Sequence record: NZ_CP103154.1
Strand: one strand, 5' to 3'
DNA: 64,000 nt
DNA from: a plasmid
The notes under the pieces were generated by a model. It did no database searches. It was not told the origin of the DNA and saw only the letters and a list, made by a program, of their open reading frames with translations. This document shows, in pieces, positions 9,442-18,974 of this stretch. Positions within the stretch are counted from its first letter, which is position 1; every line of letters begins with the position of its first letter. The translations under genes and the position numbers were made by a program.

Positions 9442-10379
9442 TGGCGAAAATCGTAAAAGGAAGCGACTTCAAGGGTGCGGTGGATTACATCATCGACAAG
9501 AAGAAGGATACGCAGATAGTAGCAAGCGAAGGCTTGTTTATGGAAAATCTGGAAACTATCGCCATGAGTTTCAATGCCCAGTCACGGATGAACGATAAGG
9601 TGACAAAACCTGTCGGACATATCGCGTTGAGTTTTTCCAAAGAGGATGAGTTACGGCTGACGAACCGTATCATGGCAGGCATCGCGCTTGAATATATGGA
9701 ACGGATGGGAATCAAGAATACGCAGTTCTTCATCGCCCAGCATTTCGACAAGGAGCATCCGCACGTGCATATTGCTTTCAACCGCATAGACAACAACGGC
9801 AATACCATATCGGACAGGCACGAGCGTCTGCGCAGTACCCGCATCTGCAAGGAATTGACCTTGAAATACGGCTTGCATAGCGGAAAGGACAATGTCAAAC
9901 GCAACCGCCTGAAAGAGCCAGACAGGACGAAATATGCGCTTTACGACATCATCAAAATGGAAGTCGGCAGATGCGGCAACTGGAACGTGCTTATCGCCAA
10001 CCTGAAACGGCAGGGAGTGGAAGTACATTTCAAGCATAAGGGGCAGACCAGCGAGGTGCAGGGTGTTGTATTCTCCATGAATGGCTACCATTTCAACGGC
10101 TCCAAAGTGGACAGGCGTTTCAGTTATTCCAAGATTGACGCGGCTTTGCAGCACAACAGATGCAGGGAACGTATGGGAATAACAGCCGGAATATATGAAA
10201 CGGCTACACCAAGCGCACCGTCCGGCACGGCACAAAGCGAGTTGTTCAACGGCTCTTGGGGATTGCTAAAAAGCAGTGGCTCATCTTATAACACTGCTGA
10301 TGCGGAAGCCAATCAGGAAATGGTGGATATACTTCGCAGAAGGAAGAAAGTTAAGCGCAAGAGAGGTGTTGGGTTCTAA
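9438..10379 (+). CDS. mobA: MobA/VirD2-type relaxase (mobilization nuclease)
   Basis: MAKIVKGSDFKGAVDYI N-terminus, HPHVHIAFNRID 3-His motif. Confidence 0.8.
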   Translation: MMAKIVKGSDFKGAVDYIIDKKKDTQIVASEGLFMENLETIAMSFNAQSRMNDKVTKPVGHIALSFSKEDELRLTNRIMAGIALEYMERMGIKNTQFFIAQHFDKEHPHVHIAFNRIDNNGNTISDRHERLRSTRICKELTLKYGLHSGKDNVKRNRLKEPDRTKYALYDIIKMEVGRCGNWNVLIANLKRQGVEVHFKHKGQTSEVQGVVFSMNGYHFNGSKVDRRFSYSKIDAALQHNRCRERMGITAGIYETATPSAPSGTAQSELFNGSWGLLKSSGSSYNTADAEANQEMVDILRRRKKVKRKRGVGF

Positions 10380-10400
10380 TATTCTGTACTAATCCAATTC

Positions 10401-11060
10401 TCACGACACTTGCGCTCTATATTCATTCGGAGTGTAACCTACCTCTTTCTTGAACAGTCGGGTAAAATGTTGCGGGTACTGAAAACCGAGATTATAGGCG
10501 ATTTCATTAACGGTGTCGTCTTGTAGATGCAAGTTCCGTCTTGGCTATTTCAATAGACTTGTCATGAATGAAATGCAGGGCGGTTGAACCTGTTTCTTTT
10601 TCAATAAATCACTGAAATAGTTGGGCGAGAGGCAGAGCTTGTCTGCACAATACTGTACAGTGGGCAAGCCTATCCGTTTAGCAGCCCCATCATGGAAGTA
10701 TTCGTCAAGCAACCGCTCAAATCTTGCGAGGATGTCTCGGTTTTGGTTGTCGCGTGTGATGAACTGACGGTCATAGAAACGTGTGCAGTAATCAAGGAAC
10801 GTCTTGATGCTGTCTGTGATGAGGTTCTTGCTGTGACGGTGTATCGGATGGTTCAATTCATATTGAATCTTGTGGAAGCAATCCATGATGATTTGCCGTT
10901 CTTCCACACTAAGGTGCAATGCCTCGTTTGTCTCGTAGGAAAAGAACGAATATTCACGCATTATCCGCCCGAGAGGTGTATTCCGCAGCAGGTCGGGATG
11001 GAACATAAGCAGGTAGCCATCTGGTTGGAACTGCATGCCGTCATCTTCCGCACCGAACAC
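10401..11060 (-). pseudogene. AraC-family regulator, frameshifted (N-terminal ORF 10545-11060; C-terminal HTH IAYNLGFQYPQHFTRLFKKEVGYTPNEYR in another frame 10401-10545) and 5'-truncated
   Basis: Own translation of minus strand in two frames. Confidence 0.6.
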
Positions 11061-11083
11061 CTGTCCGGGCGCGATAAATATCA

Positions 11084-11272
11084 GTGTGCATAATTATTCC
11101 TAAGTCTGTGAAACCGGAACGCATGAAGCAGAATCTCGACATATTAGACTTCACCCTGTCGGCCGACGACATGGCACGGATAAAGACGCTGGATACCGAC
11201 AAGCCTTTCTTACTCGGCTCGCACGAAGATCCAGAAATCGTAAAATGGTTCATGCAGTACAAAAACGCCTGA
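11084..11272 (+). pseudogene. orphan 3' fragment of an aldo/keto reductase gene
   Basis: IPKSVKPERMKQNLDILDFTLSADDMARI is the AKR C-terminal signature; no upstream body. Confidence 0.55.
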
Positions 11273-11319
11273 ACATCAACAACCATATTTCGATAGCCGC
11301 TATCGACTATATTAAGAAG

Positions 11320-12219
11320 TTATTCGTATATGCCTTTATTGTAATCCGTCATGTACTGAGTAAATGTTTTGCCTGTTTGCTGTTTGAAGAAGCGCATGAG
11401 ATGGCTCGGATCAGAGAAATTGAAATCATCCGCCATTTCACTGACAGTGCGGTTGGAGAATAGCAATTCGTTCTTCAGTTCCTCAAGCAGACGTTGTTTT
11501 ATCAAATGGGTAGCTGATACTCCGAATTGGGCTTTTACTGAGTTATTGAGTGTGATGCGACTGACATGAAGCATGTCTGCATATTCCTGCACCCGCTGGT
11601 GGGTGCGGATATTCTGTTCCAACAAGTCCTTGAACCGAAAAGCGAAATTGTTTTTAGCAATTTCAGCGGGCAAGCAATAGGCGGCAGCGTATGTACGATT
11701 GATAATCAGCAAAAGATAATATAGTAAGGAAACAATGATATTGTACGTATCGGACACTGGATTCATCAGCTCATACTTAATCTTTCCGAGCAGCCGCATA
11801 TATTCCTTCATTTCGTCATGTGTGGCATTGATGTAAGGCGGCGTATCTGTCTGGTAACAATACAAAAGGCGAAAAACGAAGAACTTGTCGGCGATAAAAG
11901 TACGCATGAAATCTTCGCGGAATATAAGGAACGTGTAATCCAACGCCGTCTCATCTACATGCCACTCTTGTTGCTGATGGGGTGAAAGCAGGAGAACCAT
12001 GCCGTCGCGCAGTTCAATCTTGCGGAAGTTCAGTAGCAAATATCCGTTTGCCTTACGGAAAAAGTAGAAGCTGAAGAAGTCTGTCTTAAACCGCTTGTTT
12101 TCTGTCAGCACAAGTCCGATGTCCTTGTTTATGGCAGTATTGATGTAAAAATCCACGCCGCAGCGTGTCTTGTTGAACGGTACGCTGACCAGTCGATCAG
12201 GGTTGATTATCTCGTCCAT
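11320..12219 (-). CDS. AraC-family transcriptional regulator (intact, 299 aa), divergent from the MBL/radical-SAM operon
   Basis: C-terminal double HTH (ITLNNSVKAQFGVSATHLIKQRLLEELKNEL...FNFSDPSHLMRFFKQQTGKTFTQY). Confidence 0.85.
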   Translation of the reverse strand: MDEIINPDRLVSVPFNKTRCGVDFYINTAINKDIGLVLTENKRFKTDFFSFYFFRKANGYLLLNFRKIELRDGMVLLLSPHQQQEWHVDETALDYTFLIFREDFMRTFIADKFFVFRLLYCYQTDTPPYINATHDEMKEYMRLLGKIKYELMNPVSDTYNIIVSLLYYLLLIINRTYAAAYCLPAEIAKNNFAFRFKDLLEQNIRTHQRVQEYADMLHVSRITLNNSVKAQFGVSATHLIKQRLLEELKNELLFSNRTVSEMADDFNFSDPSHLMRFFKQQTGKTFTQYMTDYNKGIYE

Positions 12220-12349
12220 ATCCTTGTCGTTTTTGCAAAGATAATAATTTCATTTATCAAAATGGCATAATTACCGTTTTTTCAGGCATAGATGTTTCGC
12301 CGGATTCTTCCGAACTTTGCACCCGTAATCAATAACAAGACATATAGTC

Positions 12350-13126
12350 ATGAAAAAGACATCTACAGTACAATTGGTGCGCAATGCCACCTTGAAAATC
12401 AGGTATGCGGGACACACCATGCTAATTGACCCCGTTTTAGCCGACAAAGGCACTTTGATATCGGCCCTCGGTGTGAATAAAACACCGAGGGTACACCTCA
12501 CCATTCCTATTCAGGATATTATCGGAGGCGTGGACATGGTGCTCCTGACCCACAATCACATCGACCATTACGAGCCGAGTGTCCCCACACATTTGCCCAA
12601 AGAAATTCCTTTCTACGTTCAGCCCCAGGACGCGGACGCCATCAGAAACGACGGATTTACAAATGTGATACCCATCGAAGAAATAAAAACAATAGACGGC
12701 ATATCCATTTACCGCACGACCGGACATCATGGTTTCGGGCAGATCGGGCAGATGATGGGACCTGTATCAGGTTATGTGCTAAAAGCCGAGGGCTTCCCGA
12801 CCGTTTATATAATGGGTGACTGCCGATGGGAAGCATGTATCCGAGACACCGTGGAACGGTTCAATCCTGACTATATCGTGGTAAACTCCGGAGGTGCAAT
12901 CTTTCCCGAATTTTCCAAAACGGACGGTCCTATCATCCCCGACGAGAACGAAGTGATGCAGATACTTGACGAATTGCCTTCGCATATCAAGCTGATAGCC
13001 GTACACATGGATGCCATCGACCATTGCCAGACCACCCGTGCAATTCTGCGCAATGAGGCAACGCATCACGAAGCCGACATGAGCCGGCTGATTATCCCGG
13101 AGGACGGAGAAACAGTTGTGTTATGA
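12350..13126 (+). CDS. MBL-fold metallo-hydrolase
   Basis: LLTHNHIDH (HxHxDH) motif plus downstream His/Asp ligands. Confidence 0.8.
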   Translation: MKKTSTVQLVRNATLKIRYAGHTMLIDPVLADKGTLISALGVNKTPRVHLTIPIQDIIGGVDMVLLTHNHIDHYEPSVPTHLPKEIPFYVQPQDADAIRNDGFTNVIPIEEIKTIDGISIYRTTGHHGFGQIGQMMGPVSGYVLKAEGFPTVYIMGDCRWEACIRDTVERFNPDYIVVNSGGAIFPEFSKTDGPIIPDENEVMQILDELPSHIKLIAVHMDAIDHCQTTRAILRNEATHHEADMSRLIIPEDGETVVL

Positions 13127-13791
13127 GTGTCTGCATTAAATCCCTGATAAAAAACATGAACATAGTGGTAGGGTGCACTATAGGATGCCCTTACTGCTAT
13201 GCCCGTAACAACTGCCGCCGTTTCCACATTACCGACGACTTTTCCGTGCCTGAATACATGGAACGAAAACTGCGCATCATCGATACGTCCCGTCCTCATG
13301 TGTGGCTCATGACAGGAATGAGCGATTTCTCCGATTGGAAGCCTGAATGGAACGCAGAAATTTTCGAGCGGATCAGCAGCAATCCCCAGCACGCCTATAT
13401 CTTTCTGACGAAGCGCCCTGACAAAATCAGTTTCTCCTCTGACGACGAGAACGTATGGATGGGCGTGACCGTTACGCGCAGTTCCGAGAAAAGGAGGATT
13501 GATGATTTGAAAAAGAATATCAAAGCACGACACTACCATGTCACGTTTGAACCTCTCTTCGATGATATCGGCGAGATTGATTTCGAGGGAATTGACTGGA
13601 TTGTCATAGGCACAGAGACCGGAAACCGAAAAGGAAAGTCATATTCGCGCCCCGAATGGGTGCTTAGCATTGCAGAACAGGCAAAGGCTCATGGCATACC
13701 GGTGTTCATGAAAGAGGATTTGCTGCCGATTATGGGCGACGAAAGAATGATTCAGGAATTGCCGGAACAATTTACCAGACGAATACAATGA
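13123..13791 (+). CDS. three-Cys (CxxxCxxC) radical-SAM-like protein, DUF5131/phage Gp37-Gp68-like
   Basis: VVGCTIGCPYCYA motif near N-terminus; ATGA overlap with both neighbours. Confidence 0.6.
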   Translation: MSVCIKSLIKNMNIVVGCTIGCPYCYARNNCRRFHITDDFSVPEYMERKLRIIDTSRPHVWLMTGMSDFSDWKPEWNAEIFERISSNPQHAYIFLTKRPDKISFSSDDENVWMGVTVTRSSEKRRIDDLKKNIKARHYHVTFEPLFDDIGEIDFEGIDWIVIGTETGNRKGKSYSRPEWVLSIAEQAKAHGIPVFMKEDLLPIMGDERMIQELPEQFTRRIQ

Positions 13792-14663
13792 ATATGGATA
13801 CAATAAAGGAAATAGATGTAAAGAGTGTAATGACCAAATCCTCTCTGCCGGTGGGAGGATATTCGGTCAACCCTTATGTAGGGTGTCCCCACGCCTGCAG
13901 GTATTGCTACGCATCGTTCATGAAACGGTTCACCGGGCACACCGAGCCGTGGGGTACGTTTTTAGATGTAAAAAACTGGAAGCCGATAACGAATCCTCAT
14001 AAATACGACGGTGAACGTGTTGTAATAGGGTCTGTGACGGACGGTTACAATCCGTATGAAGAAGAATTCCACCGTACCCGAAGGCTGCTCGAAGAGCTGC
14101 GAGGAAGCGATGCCGAGATTATGATATGCACAAAGTCCGATCTTGTCCTTCGCGATCTCGACCTGTTGAAGAGTTTTCCCAAAGTGACTGTGTCATGGTC
14201 TGTCAATACGCTCGACGAGCAGTTCTGCGCAGATATGGACAACGCCGTAAGCATTGAACGCCGTCTGAAAGCGATGCGTCAGACATACGAGGCAGGTATC
14301 CGCACCGTATGCTTCGTCTCGCCCATATTCCCCAGAATAACAGACGTAAAGGCAATAATAGAGGAGGTAAAAGATTATGCTGATTTAATCTGGCTTGAAA
14401 ACCTGAATTTACGCGGGCAGTTCAAAGGCGGGATAATGACGTATATCCGTGAGAAGTATCCTGACCTCATACCGCTTTACGAGGAAATTTACAATAAAAA
14501 AAGGCTTGAATACTGGCAGGCATTGGAGCAGGACATTTCAAATTACGCCAAGGAGCAGGGCTTCCCGTATCGTATAAACGATCTGCCATACGGACGCTCG
14601 GAAAAAGGCAAACCTGTCATCGTAAACTACTTCTACCACGAAAAAATACGATTGACAAAATGA
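13788..14663 (+). CDS. radical SAM protein, SplB/spore-photoproduct-lyase-like (COG1533-type)
   Basis: YVGCPHACRYCYA motif; size and layout of SPL-family rSAM. Confidence 0.7.
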   Translation: MNMDTIKEIDVKSVMTKSSLPVGGYSVNPYVGCPHACRYCYASFMKRFTGHTEPWGTFLDVKNWKPITNPHKYDGERVVIGSVTDGYNPYEEEFHRTRRLLEELRGSDAEIMICTKSDLVLRDLDLLKSFPKVTVSWSVNTLDEQFCADMDNAVSIERRLKAMRQTYEAGIRTVCFVSPIFPRITDVKAIIEEVKDYADLIWLENLNLRGQFKGGIMTYIREKYPDLIPLYEEIYNKKRLEYWQALEQDISNYAKEQGFPYRINDLPYGRSEKGKPVIVNYFYHEKIRLTK

Positions 14664-14678
14664 GGCTATGCCGGACTG

Positions 14679-15191
14679 ATGCAGAAAAGTTGTAGCGCGG
14701 ATAAAAGCACCATGTATGTGGATAATATCCGGCAATCTTCCGAGCGTATGCGGGAGATGCTCAACACGCTGCTGGATTTCTTCCGTCTGGACAACGGCAA
14801 GGAGCAACCCAACCTTTCCCCTTGCAGGATTTCCGCAATCACGCATATTCTTGAAACGGAGTTCATGCCCATTGCCATGAACAAGGGGCTGACTTTGATA
14901 GTGGAGAGCCACACCGATGCGGTGGTTTTGACCGACAAGGAACGTATCCTGCAAATCGGCAACAACTTGTTGTCAAACGCCATCAAGTTCACGGATAACG
15001 GTAGTGTATCATTGGCAGCGGATTATGATAACGGTTTGCTGAAACTTATCGTTGAAGATACCGGTACGGGCATGACCGAAGATGAGCAACAACGAGTATT
15101 CGGTGCATTTGAACGTCTTTCAAATGCCGCCGCAAAAGACGGCTTCGGATTAGGCTTCCTGCAACCAGCCGTTATCCAACAGCCGGGTTAA
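14679..15191 (+). pseudogene. 5'-truncated sensor histidine kinase fragment (HATPase_c only)
   Basis: NLLSNAIKFT (N box) and EDTGTGM (G box); no HisKA/sensor region upstream. Confidence 0.6.
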
Positions 15192-15333
15192 ATGCGTCCT
15201 CCCTATCTCGGCCGTCCCTTGCAGGACGACACAGCGGTCTTTCTCCTGGAGCTTTCTTAATTCCTCCAGTGAAGCCGCCATTTTCTCCGCCATTGTTGCC
15301 ATAACCGTTTTTATTTAGATTCTGATTATTTTC

Positions 15334-15405
15334 GTGCAAATACTCGTTTTTAGACACGTGTAAATACTCGTTTTTAATTATGTGCATTTACTCGTATTTG
15401 TTGCA
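15334..15405. repeat. 3 tandem 24-bp repeats gtg(c/t)a(a/t)atactcgt(t/a)ttt(a/g)
   Basis: Copies start at 15334, 15358, 15382, exact 24-bp phasing. Confidence 0.7.
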
Positions 15406-15429
15406 AAAATACAATATTTGTTCCGATAA

Positions 15430-16068
15430 TCAGCTACTAATGAAGTCTTTTTTTACTTGTTGTATCGTCGAAACGGCCTTTCCCGTGAGCTTCGCCACGT
15501 TCCGGATCGAGTAGCCTTTCTTTAACAAGGCGATCGCCTCCCGGTATTCCTCTTTCCTCTGTTCGGCCGTTTTCCGGCTTCCCGGCTTCCGTCCCAGCCT
15601 GCCCCCTTTCTGGATGTACAACTCCCGTCCGCTATTAAGGCGGTCGATGATCCCCTGGCGTTCGATCGCGGCCAGTTCCCCCAACAGGGTAGTGATCAGA
15701 GAGGACAAGGGGTTTACCGTCTTGTCCGGCCGTAACGTTTCCAGGTTCAGGTTTTGAATATACACGCATATTTTATGCGTGTGCAGCGTATCGAGTGACT
15801 TTAGGATCTCCAGGGTTGAACGCCCCAGGCGTGAGATCTCGGTCAGCAACAACATATCCACCCGGTTCTGCGGATCTGTGCAGTATTCCAGGCAACGGCT
15901 TAAAACCGGGCGTTCGATATTGGCCTTTCGTCCGCTTATCTTTTCCTCAAAGACCGCCGTCACCTCGTACCCCCGTCCGGCTGCGAACCTCTCCAGATCG
16001 ACAACCTGCCGTTCGGTCGATTGCCTGGCCGACTGCGAGCTTACACGTGAATAAATAACCACATTCAT
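15430..16068 (-). CDS. serine recombinase/resolvase with C-terminal HTH
   Basis: MNVVIYSRVSSQSARQS catalytic N-terminus, ISRLGRS motif. Confidence 0.8.
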   Translation of the reverse strand: MNVVIYSRVSSQSARQSTERQVVDLERFAAGRGYEVTAVFEEKISGRKANIERPVLSRCLEYCTDPQNRVDMLLLTEISRLGRSTLEILKSLDTLHTHKICVYIQNLNLETLRPDKTVNPLSSLITTLLGELAAIERQGIIDRLNSGRELYIQKGGRLGRKPGSRKTAEQRKEEYREAIALLKKGYSIRNVAKLTGKAVSTIQQVKKDFISS

Positions 16069-16251
16069 CCCTTTTGCTTTTGTTCTTCCTTATCTATTGT
16101 TTTAATCACCTTATCCACCTCTTTCAAGGAGGCATTATTTCCGGATCTATCCAAAAAAGAAATTCGCTAATTAACCTATAATTACTATCTTTGCATTGTA
16201 ATGCTTGGTAAAGCCTCTGTTATCAAAACACGTAACCAAGTCAAGGATATA

Positions 16252-16280
16252 CCCGTTCATCAAGAACGGGTTTTTCTTTT
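16252..16280 (+). terminator. rho-independent terminator (cccgttc atcaa gaacggg + tttttctttt) on + strand
   Basis: Hairpin plus T-run; possible 3' end of a small + strand transcript starting near 16194. Confidence 0.5.
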
Positions 16281-16309
16281 GCGACAGCCCATTCATAAGA
16301 CAAAGGATA

Positions 16310-17146
16310 TTATAACAGGTCAGTAATCACAGCCGCCGGAATATCCAGCTTTGAGAAAGCGAACATCTTTTTCCCCAGATCCTTTAACGAGGCTCCGATA
16401 TGGTACACGTCCGTTTCATCAACGATCAGGAAACGGTCGTGACTGTCCCGGTACGTCCTGATGTCGATAGGTGGGTACTGGCTGTTATGCCTGTCAAGAT
16501 CAAGTTGGAGTTGCTGCGTGATACGCTGGGTGTAAATGGTGGCCGAGACACCGACGCTGCGTTTACTCAACATGAGCAAGACCGTTTCGTCCACATAGTT
16601 GTCGATAAGCACGATCGAACGCCTGGCCGACTTTACCAGATCGGTAGCGAACTTGTACGCATCGAAAATCTGGCCGTTATAAAAAATGCCTTCGACCGGG
16701 GGCAAGGCAGTACGCACAAAAAAATCTATCTTCTCGGTATGTTGAGCGACAGTCCTTTCAAGTTCTGACAAACGTTTATTAATGGAATACCCTTTTAAAA
16801 GATAGTCCTTTAAAACCTTATTCGCCCATTGCCTAAATAAAATACCTCTTTTACTATTGACACGAAACCCAATGGATATGATCGCATCCAAATTGTAATA
16901 AGTCAGATTGCGCATCACTTGCCGTTTGCCTTCCTGTCGAACTGTTCGGAAATCCCGAACAGTTGAACTTTCCTCTAATTCTTTCTGATCATATATGTTT
17001 TTTATATGCTCGCTTATATTTGCTTTGCTGGATTGAAAAAGATCCACAATTTGCGCCTGTGTCAGCCAAACGGTTTCATCTTCCAGCCTCACTTCCAACC
17101 TGACCGCTTCATCCGGCTGGTATAATATGATTTCTCCCTGTTCCAT
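16310..17146 (-). CDS. RhuM-family (virulence RhuM-like) protein, intact 278 aa
   Basis: IILYQPDEAVRLEVRLEDETVWLTQAQI N-terminus typical of RhuM family. Confidence 0.8.
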   Translation of the reverse strand: MEQGEIILYQPDEAVRLEVRLEDETVWLTQAQIVDLFQSSKANISEHIKNIYDQKELEESSTVRDFRTVRQEGKRQVMRNLTYYNLDAIISIGFRVNSKRGILFRQWANKVLKDYLLKGYSINKRLSELERTVAQHTEKIDFFVRTALPPVEGIFYNGQIFDAYKFATDLVKSARRSIVLIDNYVDETVLLMLSKRSVGVSATIYTQRITQQLQLDLDRHNSQYPPIDIRTYRDSHDRFLIVDETDVYHIGASLKDLGKKMFAFSKLDIPAAVITDLL

Positions 17147-17149
17147 TAC

Positions 17150-17479
17150 TTATTTACCTTTTCTTAATTCATCAAGCCTCTGCATCGCACCGCTGAACTT
17201 CTCACTAAACATCATATCATCGGGCAAAACAAACCAGGTGGGAATACCTCTCGACTGTGGATTACCTATACATTCATCTTGCCCGTTCTGTTTGCGGTAA
17301 TCGTCCCATTCACTATAAGCGATGTTCCAACGAATACCTAATTTATAGGTATTTTCCCATTTAATAATAGCCAGTGAATAGGCCGGATCATCTTTGCCGT
17401 CATAAATCACTTCTACAACTTCAACCACCCCTTTAGGGGAATTTATAAACTTCGGATTTTTATACGAATAAGTGCTCAT
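17150..17479 (-). CDS. hypothetical protein (109 aa) co-oriented 4 bp downstream of rhuM
   Basis: ORF only. Confidence 0.45.
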   Translation of the reverse strand: MSTYSYKNPKFINSPKGVVEVVEVIYDGKDDPAYSLAIIKWENTYKLGIRWNIAYSEWDDYRKQNGQDECIGNPQSRGIPTWFVLPDDMMFSEKFSGAMQRLDELRKGK

Positions 17480-17594
17480 GTCTTTTATTTTTTATTCATA
17501 GCACACAAAGATACTCAAAACAAATATATACATATATACATACGTATGATTAACGTATAAAAACATTTATGGTTATTCTAATCTTTGATTAATT

Positions 17595-17666
17595 CCGGTA
17601 CAGAAACAAAACGTACCGAAAGACGGAAACAGGATTTATTTCGGTACGCTTCCCCGATCGGTACAA
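17595..17666. promoter_or_regulatory. four GTAC-core repeats (ccggtacag, cgtaccg, cggtacg, cggtaca) upstream of parA; candidate partition centromere/operator
   Basis: Read in sequence ~100-170 bp upstream of parA start. Confidence 0.35.
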
Positions 17667-17765
17667 AAAACACGCAAAAAACGAAAATACTACTTTTAGT
17701 CTTTTAGTATATTAGTATTTTGACTATATGTTGCGGACATGACAACCATTTAAAAAACTGAATTT

Positions 17766-18524
17766 ATGAGCAAAGCAAAAGTAATCTCCGTATTGAATCA
17801 CAAGGGGGGAGTAGGAAAGACCACAACCACGATCAACCTGGGCGGTGCGTTACGTCAAAAAGGGTACAAGGTTCTTTTGATCGACCTTGACGGGCAGGCC
17901 AACCTGACCGAATCGCTGGGCTTCTCTGCGGAGCTTCCCCAAACGATCTACGGTGCGATGAAAGGCGAATACGACCTGCCGATCTACGAGCATAAGGACG
18001 GCCTTAGCGTCGTTCCCTCCTGCCTGGATCTCTCGGCCGTTGAAACGGAGTTAATCAACGAGGCCGGACGGGAGCTTATCTTAGCCCACCTTATCAAGGG
18101 CCAAAAGGAGAAATTCGATTATATCCTGATCGACTGTCCCCCCTCGCTGTCGCTGCTCACGCTTAACGCACTGACGGCCTCGGATCGGTTGATTATCCCG
18201 GTTCAGGCTCAATTCCTGGCAATGCGTGGAATGGCCAAACTTATGCAGGTCGTCCACAAGGTGCAGCAACGTTTGAACTCGGATCTTTCGATAGCCGGGG
18301 TTCTGATAACCCAGTACGACGGAAGAAAGAACCTGAACAAGAGCGTTTCGGAACTGGTACAGGAAACATTCCAGGGCAAAGTGTTCAGCACCCATATACG
18401 CAACGCCATTACGCTGGCCGAAGCCCCGACACAAGGGCAGGATATTTTTCACTATGCCCCCAAATCTGCCGGGGCAGAGGACTACGAAAAGGTATGTAAC
18501 GAACTGCTAACAGAAATAAAGTAA
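17766..18524 (+). CDS. parA: ParA/Soj-family partition ATPase
   Basis: KGGVGKTTT deviant Walker A, 252 aa. Confidence 0.9.
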   Translation: MSKAKVISVLNHKGGVGKTTTTINLGGALRQKGYKVLLIDLDGQANLTESLGFSAELPQTIYGAMKGEYDLPIYEHKDGLSVVPSCLDLSAVETELINEAGRELILAHLIKGQKEKFDYILIDCPPSLSLLTLNALTASDRLIIPVQAQFLAMRGMAKLMQVVHKVQQRLNSDLSIAGVLITQYDGRKNLNKSVSELVQETFQGKVFSTHIRNAITLAEAPTQGQDIFHYAPKSAGAEDYEKVCNELLTEIK

Positions 18525-18528
18525 CCAT

Positions 18529-18786
18529 ATGGCAAAGAAGAACGATTTAAAAAACAGTATGTCGGCCGGGCTGACCGGGGGATTAGACAGCCTGATCCAA
18601 TCCACGGCCGGGCAAAAAGAGGCTCAAAAGCCGAAGAAAGCGAAAACCGTGCATTGTAATTTTGTCATGGACGAAACCTATCACCAGAACTTAAAGCTGA
18701 TCGCGATCCGCAAAGGCGATTCGCTAAAATCGGTATTGCAAGAGGCTATATCTGACTACTTGGATAAAAACAGTTCCCTGCTATAA
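18529..18786 (+). CDS. small ribbon-helix-helix protein, ParG/CopG-like centromere-binding partner of ParA
   Basis: 85 aa, disordered basic N-terminus then RHH-like KAKTVHCNFVMDETYHQNLKLIAIRKG. Confidence 0.55.
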   Translation: MAKKNDLKNSMSAGLTGGLDSLIQSTAGQKEAQKPKKAKTVHCNFVMDETYHQNLKLIAIRKGDSLKSVLQEAISDYLDKNSSLL

Positions 18787-18910
18787 CAGCGTATCGGGAA
18801 TATACAGGGCAAACACTCCACAAAAGAAATTCTCCAGGAAAAAGGTACGCAAAAAGCACCCCTACACATCAAAAAGTATATTGAAAATGCGATTCCCTAT
18901 AAAGAACCCG

Positions 18911-18954
18911 TTGGCGGGATTAATCTTGCGTATGTTTAACCTGCCAACGGGTAC
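18911..18954. terminator. hairpin cccgttggc/gccaacggg between convergent genes
   Basis: 9-bp inverted repeat, 22-nt loop. Confidence 0.3.
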
Positions 18955-18974
18955 GATATTGATAAACTTTTTGT

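Noticed and set aside
9485-10235. 139-aa and 194-aa minus-strand ORFs
   Set aside because: Antisense to the relaxase gene, which has clear relaxase motifs; shadow ORFs.
15172-15387. 71-aa minus-strand ORF (NEYLH repeats)
   Set aside because: Its repetitive translation simply mirrors the 24-bp tandem DNA repeats; not a gene.
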